Source of the DNA: Podarcis erhardii
Taxonomy: Eukaryota
Assembly: GCA_964252035.1 (NCBI GenBank)
Contig: OZ176201.1
DNA length: 64,000 nt
Direction: 5' to 3' (one strand)
Position numbers and translations under genes: made by a program
In this document: positions 22,287 to 32,505 of the stretch, one piece after another
Layout: every line of letters begins with the position of its first letter
Position numbering within the stretch: the stretch's first letter is position 1
Notes under the pieces: generated by a model
Database searches by the model: none
The model's input: only the letters and a program-made list of their open reading frames with translations
What the model was told of the DNA's origin: nothing

Positions 22287-25200
22287 AGAGGAAATGACTT
22301 TCCTTCTCTGGCTTTCTTGAATAGTAGCTATATTAGTTTTACATGTGTTACATGTGCTTTAACTGGAAAAAACAACCAAACCATGCCACCAGAAAACTTG
22401 GAGGAGCTTACACCTGAAAAGACCTGCATAGGATTGGGAATTCTAATATGAGAGAGCCATGGTCAAAACCAGAGAATGGTGATGTCTATAGGTTAATCCA
22501 GGACACGTTTGTCTCTCGCTGTGCTCATCAAAGATCCTGGCTCCACCTACTGCGGGAATGTGACCCTTAACAGAAAAAGGGTGCCAGCCTTTGCACTTTG
22601 TAACCCAGGCAGATGGGTGGCATATAAATAAATTATTATTCTTATTATTAGCCATCATTTGAGTGCCTGTCCCTCTGGGGGTTTGCTGGTACACAGTGCA
22701 TCCATGAAAGGAGGTTAAGAAAGAACAGGGAGTTAGATTCCTTGGTGGGCCCTCATTCTGAAGCCCTAGCGCTTGGGAATCATGCCTCTGTTTTCAGAAG
22801 GAGTTTACAAGGCTAACTTCATTTCATAATCTTCACTGAAGAAATAGGCTCTTTAGAAATGCTTTGTTACAACAACTCCCTCCCCATGTTTGGGTCACTG
22901 CACTTCCATCCAAGAGAGTGACACCTCATGCTTTCACATGTCAGGAGCTTAAAAAAAACAACATTTTGAGCATCACTATAAAAACCCATTTCTTTTCTGA
23001 AACACACTGAAGCTGCTATTTTTGATTTGCTTGCCTGGAGCCAAATTTCTGCCACAACTGTTCTCAAGAAATGCTTCTCTCTTGTGAAAAAACTCTTTTA
23101 TATGTTGACAAACCCTTGATTTTTTATTTATTTTTTAGCAATAGCCCTTGGTATTGCAACAACTAACAGTATATGTGCTTTCTAGGTTGGCAATTATTTC
23201 AGCTGAGTTCTTTGGCAAAGGGCATAGAATTTTTGATAGTGTAGTAGATGACATTTCATCTCAGGAAAATGTTTTTAGAAGGAATGCAGCATTTTAAAAA
23301 CATGCCAGTATCTTGATGAGTAAAGATTTAACATAAAAATGTGAACATGTATGTTTCCTGAGCATATTCTGTTGTCTTGTCAATTAAATCTAAGTTAGAT
23401 TATGAATGTTTCATTGCTTTGTTTTGCCATTGTTAAGTCCATGTAGTATGAGCCAGGAAGTCCCTGAATCAAATCTTAGCAATGGACTCACTCAGGGGTC
23501 TCTATTATTATCCTTAGCAAAAAAACCCATCCCATGAAACATGAGGATAATAACAGAGGCGTAGCGGGTGGCGCTGTGGGTTAAACCACAGAGCCTAGGA
23601 CTTGCCAATCAGAAGGTCGGTGGTTCGAATCCCCGCGACGGGGTGAGCTCCCGTTGCTCAGTCAGTCCCTGCTCCTGCCAACCTAGCAGTTCGAAAGCAT
23701 GTCCAAGTACAAGTAGATAAATAAGTACCGCTCTGGAGGGAAGGTAAACGGTGTTTCCGTGCGCTGCTCTGGTTCGCCAGAAGCAGCTTAGTCATGCTGG
23801 CCACATGACCCGGAAGCCGTACGTCGGCTCCCTCAGCCAATAAAGCGAGATGAGCGCCACAACCCCAGAGTTGGTCACGACTGGACCTAATGGTCAGGGG
23901 TCCCTTTACCTTTACCTAGCAAGGTCAGGTGGTACCTGGTGCGGATTTTTTTTTGTCAATCTCTCCCCCATCAACGGCTTGGGGTAGTCTTGGGAGTTGC
24001 AGGCGGGTGGCTCACCCGGGGGTGACATTCAGCGTGTTCCCCGCATGCAACTCCCAAGCCTCCCCCGAGCTGTCAAAATGAAGGCCAAGCGGCTCGGGGT
24101 AGGCTTGGGAGTCGCGGGTGGGCAGCGCACCGAATGTCACCCCCCCCTCAGGTATGACACCCAGGGCGGTCCTCCTCCTGCCCTCCCTTCCTACGCCTCT
24201 GGATAATAATATGTGACATGTTATAATTTTAAAAAATTAAACTTTATGAGTGTTTATTCCTTAACTAATTCATCATATATCATCTTTATCTTCAGCACAT
24301 TTAAAATGTACTGAAAGACAGTATGCGAAGGGCTTTGAGCTTTTAGGGGAAACACTGCCTAATTTCTAAGTGTTGTTAATTTTAAAAGATGGAGGGAAGA
24401 CAGGGCTTGATTAAAGGAGAAGTGAGGACAGAGGAGGAAACAAACCTACAGGCAAAGCAATCCTGAAGTAGAGGTGGCTTGAAGAGGTGCACTTGCCATC
24501 ATATCCACAGCCCTACAGCTGCTGCTGGACATAGTGAAAGCTAAGGAGCAACAATCCTCCCCTTTTCTGCAGCACTAGCGCTAGGTTGTTAATACTCCAA
24601 GACTATTCCATAATAAATGGTTTGTAAAATAATTGCCATACATATGGTACATACTGTAAAGACAAAAGCTATTTCTATTTGATAGGTGGTGCACCCAGAG
24701 AAGCAATGGAGGCTTATTTAACTTCCTACAGTTAAATACCAACCGGTTGAATGGCAAACAGAGGCAATATTTTGGGGCAGAGGTTCAGGGCAACCCCACA
24801 GGAGAATCAGCAGGAGGGCTCCCAAATGCAGCACATTTTGAAGTGACATTACCACCAAAGACTATTTAAAATTGCATTACTGATAGCAAAGTCAGAAACA
24901 AAGGTCCAATTTGCTCCATTTCCGCCCCCTGATTTTGCACCTATGCAAAGCTAAGAGAGATGTACACTAATTTTATTTTTAAGATATAGCTCTACCTGCT
25001 AAAAAGATTGTGATAAAAAAATGCATGATATTAAAACACACACATATTAAAACTGTAAGCATATTTGCTGCAATAGAGAGAAAAATAAATAAGAGACCAG
25101 CATTGTTGAAATGCTAGCACAGCTAGGAGTCTTACAGAAATCTGTTGCTCTTCCTACCATGCAAAGACAATTTAGTTGCTTGTGCTAACTTTAAACATTT

Positions 25201-25587
25201 TAGCATCTAGCTCCTTTCTAACTTATGATACAACAAATCAGTTTTAGACAAGTACTCACCAAAAAATGCCATAGAAAAGCCTTCGGTGACACAGCCAATT
25301 CTACCCAGGTTGTAATACCCAACAGCATTTGTTTCTACATTCAGAGTTCCTCCCAACAAGGCTGCTCCAAGGTCTGCTATGGCTAAATTGACCAGGGAAT
25401 AGTTAATTGGCTGACGAAGCTGTCTGTACTTAATAGTTACTGCAATAACGGTTGTATTTAGAATTACTGATAAAGTGCAAGATATTGCCATGATAATTGC
25501 AATTATGGTGTAACCAATACGAGGCATCAAGACCACTCTTCCTGTGCTGACATTCACTGACAAGGGATTGGTGTCCAGAGAATCCAT
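12220..25587 (-). CDS. parapinopsin: Parapinopsin (pineal/parietal-eye opsin), complete spliced CDS join(25260-25587, 16711-17039, 14550-14792, 12220-12357); 345 aa
   Basis: 328+329+243+138 = 1038 nt, open, all introns GT-AG. 7TM opsin with Lys284 in LAKSSTFYNP (bovine K296), C99/C176 disulfide, E102 (113), E170 (181) and NKQFR. The N-terminus MDSLDTN...MPRIGYTIIAIIM matches remembered iguanid parapinopsin. The 3-intron structure lacks visual-opsin intron 2, as expected for parapinopsin. Confidence 0.93.
13480..13790 (+). mobile_element. Sauria SINE (divergent subfamily with an internal 3' deletion)
   Basis: GGGACGTGGGTGGTGCTGTGGG head; GGGGTACCTTTACCTT tail; lacks the AGAGTYGG.CACGACT segment. 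Confidence 0.88.
13985..14003 (+). promoter_or_regulatory. CTCF-like motif in parapinopsin intron 3
   Basis: AGCCACAAGGTGGCAGCAT closely matches the CTCF core CCASYAGRKGGCRS (one deviation). Confidence 0.45.
14550..14792 (-). CDS. parapinopsin: Parapinopsin exon 3 (ICL3, TM6, TM7 with the retinal lysine at 14600-14598)
   Basis: Acceptor TTTTAACTAG|GTT; VAKVG...CWLPYA...LAKSSTFYNPVIYIFMNKQ; donor CAG|GTGAGT. Confidence 0.95.
15129..15270. mobile_element. Degraded Charlie/MER5-like hAT MITE
   Basis: GACTACAACTCCCATCATTCTTGACCGTTGGCCATGCTGGC core shared with the other copies. Confidence 0.6.
16711..17039 (-). CDS. parapinopsin: Parapinopsin exon 2 (TM3 to TM5)
   Basis: Acceptor TTGCAG|GC; IVALCTIAVIAIDRA...EGVMTSCAPDW...LWTLRQ; donor CAG|GTAGTG. 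Confidence 0.95.
17276..17412. mobile_element. Degraded Charlie/MER5-like hAT MITE
   Basis: CAGGGATGGGGAACCTGTG...CCCTCCA...CAGGTTCCACAC. Confidence 0.6.
17440..17990 (-). mobile_element. L2 LINE 3' fragment (degraded)
   Basis: Resembles the L2 ORF2 end and 3' UTR; similar to 44725-45020. Confidence 0.55.
18560..18830 (+). mobile_element. Old CR1 fragment
   Basis: CTGGAATACTGCATACAGTTT...GAAGAAGGA...TTTAGTGTAGAGAAGAGG, matching the CR1 ORF2 C-terminus (LEYCVQF...LEKRRL). Confidence 0.55.
20714..20849. mobile_element. Charlie/Buster-type hAT MITE, 136 bp
   Basis: TIRs CAGGCTTCCTCAACC and GGTTGAGGAAGCCTG; perfect TSD GCCTAAAC (20706-20713, 20850-20857). Confidence 0.9.
21141..21354 (+). mobile_element. 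tRNA-derived MIR/CORE-like SINE (Squam3-type)
   Basis: A box GTGGTGCAGTGGTTAGAG; B box GGTTCATACCC; core GGGTGACTTTGGACCAGTCAC; AT-rich tail. Confidence 0.75.
23554..24201. mobile_element. hAT MITE whose left TIR is interrupted by a Sauria SINE
   Basis: CAGAGGCGTAGC|AAGG and CCTTCCTACGCCTCTG; perfect TSD GATAATAA (23546-23553, 24202-24209); internal inverted repeat with arms of about 55 bp. Confidence 0.85.
23563..23916 (+). mobile_element. Sauria SINE, near full length
   Basis: GCGGGTGGCGCTGTGGGTTAAACC...GGTTCGAATCCCC...CCCTTTACCTTTACC; short TAGC duplication at both junctions. Confidence 0.93.
25260..25587 (-). CDS. parapinopsin: Parapinopsin exon 1 (TM1 to mid-TM3)
   Basis: ATG 25587-25585; ends ...EGFSMAFF G|GTGAGT, phase 1. 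Confidence 0.95.
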
Positions 25588-26100
25588 TCGTTGTTAAGAC
25601 ACCAAGCTGAGATAAAATACTATTTGAGCTTTTTTGCGTTGTTCTACCTGTCAGTCTCCAGTCATTCTTTTCTCTAGATGACTATGAAACCCCTTCTCGT
25701 TTGATGTTTCAAGAAATACAAGACATGATATTCCATGGATTACACAACATTTAAAGCAAATCCTTAGATCCGGATTTCTTTGATCATAATTCTCCCCTCA
25801 TCATTCATTTTCTAATTAATCTAGCACTACACTCATCATAATTACTGCAGCAGAGAAATATGTCTTGCACAGAACTTTTTATTTTTCCTAAGGCAGTGGA
25901 GTGCATAATTCATTTTAAGAATGAACCTGTGCAATCTAAATGCATTTGGGAAAGCAGTTTCCTTAATAGGAATAATCAATTATGGTTTTTCCCTCCCTGA
26001 CATGCTGAGTGAATCTTTCCACCTGGGTTCCCCATGTCAACTGGAAAGTCAGAATGAAAGGGGACAGAACAGAGATTATAGACCTTTCCGTTTCATTCCC
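25588..26100 (-). promoter_or_regulatory. Putative parapinopsin proximal promoter with CRX/OTX-type homeodomain sites
   Basis: TAATCC (minus) 25742-25737; CTAATT/TAATCT 25812-25822; TAATCA 25973-25978; TAATCT (minus) about 26072-26077. TSS unknown. Confidence 0.45.
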
Positions 26101-26412
26101 TAAACTCTCTCTTCACTCTCTCTGCAGATGGTACCCCTGACAACATAAATTGGCTCGGAATTTATTTACTCTCAGAAAAGAACCTCAGTATACTAGTGAA
26201 GGCCTTGACAAGCAAACAGCTTCTGCTGTGGATTTGCCATAGCACAAAACCATCACTTTTCAACATGTGTGTGCTTTTCTCTACTAAGCATACAAACGCA
26301 GGCAAAAATGTGTTCTTTCTTTGGTCACCTTTTAACACTTTTAACATACTTTGGACATGTCCCTAGTCCATGCATAAAATCCCCCACAGGCTTATGATTG
26401 GTAAGTATATCT

Positions 26413-27252
26413 TGTTATGAGTTGGGTACGGTAAAGGTAAAGGGACCCCTGACCATTAGGTCCAGTCGTGACTGACTCTGGGATTGCGGCGCTCATCTCG
26501 CTTTATTGGCCGAGGGAGCCGGCGTACAGCTTCTGGATCATGTGGCCAGCATGACTAAGCCACTTCTGGCGAACCAGAGCAGCGCACGGAAACGCCGTTT
26601 ACCTTCCCACCAGAGTGGTACCTATTTATCTACTTGCACTTTGATGTGCTTTCAAACTGCTAGGTTGGCAGGAACTGGGACCGAGCAACGGGAGCTCACC
26701 CCGTCGTGCGGATTCGAACCGCCGACCTTCTGATCGGCAAGCCCAAGAGGCTCAGTGGTTTAACCCACAGCGCCACCCGCGTCCCCAATGAGTTGGGTAG
26801 GGGGACGACAAAAATGGGCTCTGTGTGAGACCCTTCTAACCCCTGGTTCCAGCAAGTGTTAAAAAAAATAAGCCAGGCTAGGTTCCTGTGTTGAGGTGAT
26901 AGCCTGGGTGATGGGCCAGCTCTCAGTTAGTTGGAAGGAAAAGCCAGTGTTTAGAACTGAGTTGCAGTGACATGAACTAGAAGAAAAGCAACAAGCTGGA
27001 GGGAGAATCAGAGCAACGAGAGCAATGTTTGATTTCTGTTTGAATGCAAGGCTGTGGCTATGAAAGAAACAATACCCTTTTGGAGTGTTAATGCTGTGAA
27101 CCCCTCCACTGCAGGCTCAGGCTGTATATATGCGTAAATAAACAATATAAGGACACTGCAGTCTCCACTGTGCCTCATTTCCAAAAGGAAACACAAAACC
27201 TGGGAAAGACCTGGAATTTTGCACCATTCAGAGATTGTGGTGGTGTGCAACA
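26413..27252 (+). mobile_element. Probable solo LTR, interrupted near its 5' end by a Sauria SINE
   Basis: TGTTAT...GCAACA termini; TGTATATATG followed by AATAAA (27137-27142); no clean TSD seen. Confidence 0.55.
26429..26786 (-). mobile_element. Full-length Sauria SINE
   Basis: Reverse complement of the consensus; 12-bp TSD ATGAGTTGGGTA (26417-26428, 26788-26799). Confidence 0.95.
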
Positions 27253-28923
27253 CTATATTTGAAGCTACCCTTTACTGCATGCAAAATGTTTTCCAAAGTT
27301 TCCCTTCCACATTTATCAATTCCTTCTGCTACAATTCATTGCCATCAATGAAATAATAATGCATGTTATGGTTAGGGCATCCTCTTGCCCTCGGGTTACA
27401 GGCTCAAAGAAGTTTGGAGCTTTTTAATTTTCCCACCCTTAGACAAGATTATTCACACAAGCAGTGGAGTTTTCCTCCCAATCTTGATATCTGAGCCTGA
27501 GGGCATTTGTGAGATTTTCAGGTTAACCCTATAATTCCTAATGGACAAACAAGAAAGATTTGTACATGTATCTAACAGGGGAAGGGGAATATAGTGTGTT
27601 TGGTGTTGGCCCTTGAACCAGCTCATGGGAACTGCAGTTTGTTAAGTGTGCTAGGAATTATAGTTCTGTGTTGTGTAAACTACAGTTGCCATGAGTCTCG
27701 GGGGTGCTTTAAATTTATGGTGTGTACACAGCCTCATTCTGCCTAATGGTAGAGCTTGGCCTACTCAAACCACTAACCTCTCCTATGTATTTGAATTACA
27801 GAAATCAGAACAAACAGAAATTAAACAGGATATTTCCAAAGTCACCAGCAAGATTCAATCTTTTGTCTTTCCATACTTAGGTACAGTTTGGAGTATATAA
27901 ACTGCAGGTTGAAAACGTAGGAGCCAAGGAAGACTTGACTTGACAATTTTTGTGTAGGTCAACCAGGCAAATTTTATACCAACTCCTCTTTTCAGATTAT
28001 ATATAACATGAAAACAGTCGAGGATAGGATACAAAAACCTTTTATAGCGACGCAAACAGTAGCCCACCCTTGAACCTCTCCAATAACTGGAAAGTTTTTA
28101 GTTACTTGAAGAGCATAGCTGTCACTGCACCCTTAATGTTATGAATAAAGTTGCTACTTCAGGATTTTCAGGGGCACTGAACTGATTGTTCTTCAGCAGG
28201 CCTAATATTGCAATTAATATCATTATGTTAATATCACATGCTAATGCACTGGGTCGTTAATTGTAACACTGTCAGCATGTTCTTGCTAATGCATTTACCT
28301 TAGTTAAAGACGTTAATACTTAGCAGTGTATTTGCATATGTTATGTGTGTTAAATAGAAGAGCTCTTTCATGCTGGGGTGGGTGGGGGGAAGTATTGTGG
28401 AAGTTAAGAACAGAGGCAAAATTATCATTAACATAATCCCCTGATTGTGCTCTTGGAAAGGAAAGGGAGTGCACTGTTGATGTTACTCTAGGTAGGCATG
28501 GTATTTTGTAAATTTGTAACAAGCTGGTCTCAAATGCTTATTTTATCCCCAGATATGTAGATTGAAGAAGAGTTCTGCACAACATGGAAACTCACAAGGT
28601 AAATCAGCCTTCTTCAGCCACTTTTGGGCTCCAACTCCTTTCAGCCTCAGCCAGCACGGTCAATATTTCGGGATGATGGGAGGGCAGAGGACTGAAAAAA
28701 GCTGTGTTAGGTGCTGAACAACAAAACTCTACAGAGTTTTTGACTGAAACCAAGTATTATGCTTTATCAGAGTAACCACAGAGCTATAACCTTCATCAAG
28801 TGTGTTTAAATAAAATTCCAGATTTGTTTACAAAGCACCTCATCATTGCTTCGATTCTCTGGCTAAGAGAGAAGTGGTCACAAGTTTTCCCTTCACATTA
28901 TTAAAATTCATTGATGCTAGTTA

Positions 28924-29070
28924 CAGTGGCGTAGCGTGGGTTATCAGCACCCGGGGCAAGGCAAGTAATTTGCGCCCCCTAACCCGTGGATTTGCGCCCC
29001 TTAACCCTAACCCCCAGATGTTGCGCCCGGTGCGGCCGGGCCCCCCTGCACCCCCCACGCTACGCCACTG
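28924..29070. mobile_element. hAT MITE, 147 bp, with internal CCCTAA telomere-type motifs
   Basis: Perfect 16-bp TIR CAGTGGCGTAGCGTGG; TSD GCTAGTTA (28916-28923, 29071-29078). Confidence 0.93.
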
Positions 29071-30631
29071 GCTAGTTACAAGAAAACACTACCACATACA
29101 GATAATATCAGGTCTCTCAAGTGTTAGGGAATGTCTAAATTTCAAAAAAACTCACATTACCTCAGTCCCATCTTTATTGAGAGAGGTTACCACACAAGGA
29201 GTTCCACACAGCCTCAAATTCACTCCTGTTTCCCTTTTGTTCAGTGACTACTTTGATATCTAAGCACATATGCGCAGTGCATTAAAATGGCAGTAGTAAG
29301 CAGAGGTTAGGGAAGCAGTGCACAGGGGGCGGCAGCTGTGGTTGTGGGACTTGGGAGTTTTGTGAACATGTTCATGGATTTGGATCTGAAACTTGGAGCA
29401 GGTTGATTCAGGTCTAACTTGAAGCTGCATGCAAACAGCCTTAATGAACATTTGTAATGTTATTGAGGGAATGCCCTTCTGCTTCTGTTGCTCTGACAGA
29501 GACAATTGGGAACTGTCATCAAGCTTGCCTAATAACAGCCATTCTTCATTGTTAATGAACATCCTGCTTTGCAAGGAAAAAGGAACTTGGGGAGTATCCT
29601 GGCTGATGCTCTTTCATTGTCAGTCATTGTACAAATCCCTAAAGTCTTACCAACATTACTTGAGGCTACAGAAGCTGTTCTTTCTGTGTCAAAACTCCTC
29701 TTTTTAATATTGTTGTGACAGCTAACTAGCTGGTACCTGTTTAATAAGGTAAAACAGGACATTGAATATATAAGTTGCCTTTAACACTTCGATCTGTCTA
29801 TCTACTCTATCTATTGTTTAAAAGGACAAATTGTTGTCAGGTATATGCAATATATTTATATGGTATTTGACTGGTCACAGTGCTATCAGAATTAATTTTA
29901 AAATGTATACTAAGTTATACTTTGAACAATTGGTTTCTTTTACATTTTAAAATAACTATATTTATTGATTCTTATAAAATTATATCTGCCTCTAAAAATA
30001 AAGAACCAATAAAGTGTAGTGATTAGGGTTTGGGACTTAGGTCCCAGAGGCCACCTGGGTGCATTCAGGATAGATGCCACACATGTTCAATCTAACCTTA
30101 CAGAACTGGTGTCAGGAAAAAATGGGGAACACCCTATTATTTCATCCTGAGCTCCTCAGAGGAAAGCGGGTTATATTAATGTGAGAAATGCTATCAAGAA
30201 GTTTTCTTCTGGTTTCTGCATTCTGTTATACCAGGAGTGGTAAACAGGATCCTGTTGGTGTTAACAGACAAAGAACCAGCTCATCCTCCATGAGCCATTT
30301 TGATAGGTGGGCAGGACTGTCTTGCTCATATTGCAGTTATTTCGAATTGTTTCCTAGGCCTTTGGAGCCATTGTACTTACTGCTCATTTGATATATTATC
30401 AGCAACTGTGGACAGAATTCTGTGGGAAAGTGACAGACAAATAAACAGATGAGGATTATGAAGATAGGGCAACAGGTGATTCAAATATAAAGCTGCAGCT
30501 GCAAAGGAAGAATTAGGAGCATGCTCTAAATGCGCTCCCTGTTATTGCTTTGCAGGCCTGCTGTGGTTTCAATGGGGGAACTGGGGGCACAACAACAGAG
30601 AAAAAAATGCACAAAGAAAGCACTGGCTGGA

Positions 30632-31010
30632 AAGGTAAAGGACCCCTGGACGGTTAAGTCCAGTCAAAGGTGACTATGGGGTTGCGGTGCTCATTTCACT
30701 TTCTGGCCGACGGAGCCGACATTTGTCCATGTACAGCTTTCCAGGTCATGTGGCCCGCATGACTAAACCGTTTCTGGTGCAATGGAACACTATGACAGAA
30801 ACCAGAGCGCACAGAAATGCCGTTTACCTTCCCGCTGCAGCACTACCTATTTATCTACTTTCACTGGTGTGCTTTCAAATTGCTAGGTAGGCAGGAGCTA
30901 GGACAGAGCAAGGGGAGCTCACTCTGTTACGGGGATTTGAAACCCCGACCTTCCAATGGGCAAGCCCAAGAGGCTCAGTGGTTTAGACCACAGCACCACC
31001 CGCATACCTC
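30632..31010 (-). mobile_element. Sauria SINE (older subfamily)
   Basis: AAAGGTAAAGGACCCC tail on plus; imperfect TSD CACTGGCTG(G/A)AAA. Confidence 0.88.
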
Positions 31011-32456
31011 CACTGGCTGAAAAGGAAGAATTGGGAGTGCACTTAGAGCACACTCTCAGTTTCTACTGTGGAATTTTTAGGCCATGGCTTCACCAGTCCA
31101 GTGACTCATACATTATGTGACGGAGAGGTAGATGTTACCTTCCCACTCAAAACCACTATGCCAACCAAAGGGGGAGGACTGGTGGGCCAAATTAGGCCTG
31201 CAGACTGGAGGTTCCCCACTGCTCTTATATGTGCTGGAAGAGGCCCAAACTAGACAAGGCTTGGGTGTTCGGTGACCGGAGGAGCTCTCTGCATTTTTGT
31301 CTCTTAAAAAGCAGCCCCTGGAGGAGGTAGGGCTGATTTGGGTTGAGGCCATAGCAAACAGAGGAATCTAATGCTCTGCCCCCGCACTGAAGGCCCAGTC
31401 CAAGCTGCCCCTTTCAAGACTGATGTTAGCTATGGAGGGGAAAGCACCAAAAAGGAGACTGTAAGTTGTCTCCTCTATAGCTAACAGTAGCTTTAGGATG
31501 GCAATTTAAGTCAAGGGTCTGGCATGGAAACAAAGGATAATTACCACCCCCACCCCCCGCTTCCTTGTTGTATTGCAGCCCTTAAGTCTCCCAGTGACTG
31601 CTTCTTAAGAAAGACTTGGCAGGCAACAGCTTGAGGAAAAATCTAACATGGATATGATGGCCAAATAAGCACAGAACTTGCTTTTAAATGTGTTCAAAGC
31701 ATCAGTTGATTCCAAAGGATCTGATGGAGGAACATAGGAATCTGCCTTATGCTGAGGCTGACCATTTCGCTCCCTGTACTGTCTGCACTGAACAGCAGTG
31801 ACTCTCCAGGGTTTCAGACAGGAGCTTATTTGAAGACACCCAGTTCTGAACCCAGGATAAAGCATTGCCCAGTTGTTTCCAATAAGGGGTGTCAGGCAAC
31901 TAAACAAAAGCTAAGTGGGGTCCTGTATGGCTTCAGATGGTGCGAGTGAAACAGCTTCTACTTGGGTAATGGGACTTCCCCCATCTCCTCCCTCCTATGT
32001 GCGCCATCCACAAATCTGCTCAGGAGGGTTGGGGAAAACTCCCCCCAGACAGATTTAGGGTGTGTGCAGGGGGAGAGGGGGAGAATGTTCCACGGTGCAA
32101 AGAAAAGTTCTTGTGCTGACACAATGTTCACCTCAGCGCTATCTTGAAGGCAACCCAAGATTAAAAAAATACTGAAGCCTGGATCAGCCAGATTTTTAGC
32201 TGTACTGGGTGGTGGGAACAAACTGTTTTAGTTGAAATACTGAGAGATCTTTAATTATGGAAACACAAATATAGGGTACAATCCTACTTTAATTAAAGAC
32301 TATTTTAATAGGATTTTTGCATGTGGCATTTCAGACATAATACACAATTCTCCAGAGAGGCACTGTTCCTAAACAATTGCTATGAATTTCAGTGTGGTTT
32401 GCATTCAGGAATGCATCTCATGGGTCAACTGGGCAGTTGGATTCAGTAATGTAGGG

Positions 32457-32458
<2 letters not shown>

Positions 32459-32502
<44 letters not shown>
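32459..32502. repeat. (AC)n microsatellite, about 22 units
   Basis: Uninterrupted AC run. Confidence 0.97.

Positions 32503-32505
<3 letters not shown>

Noticed and set aside
25207-25259. ORF-track extension EYLSKTDLLYHKLERS (likewise VVLHFVLCFA and VSLNSMKIKI)
   Set aside because: Read-through into introns past consensus GT donors
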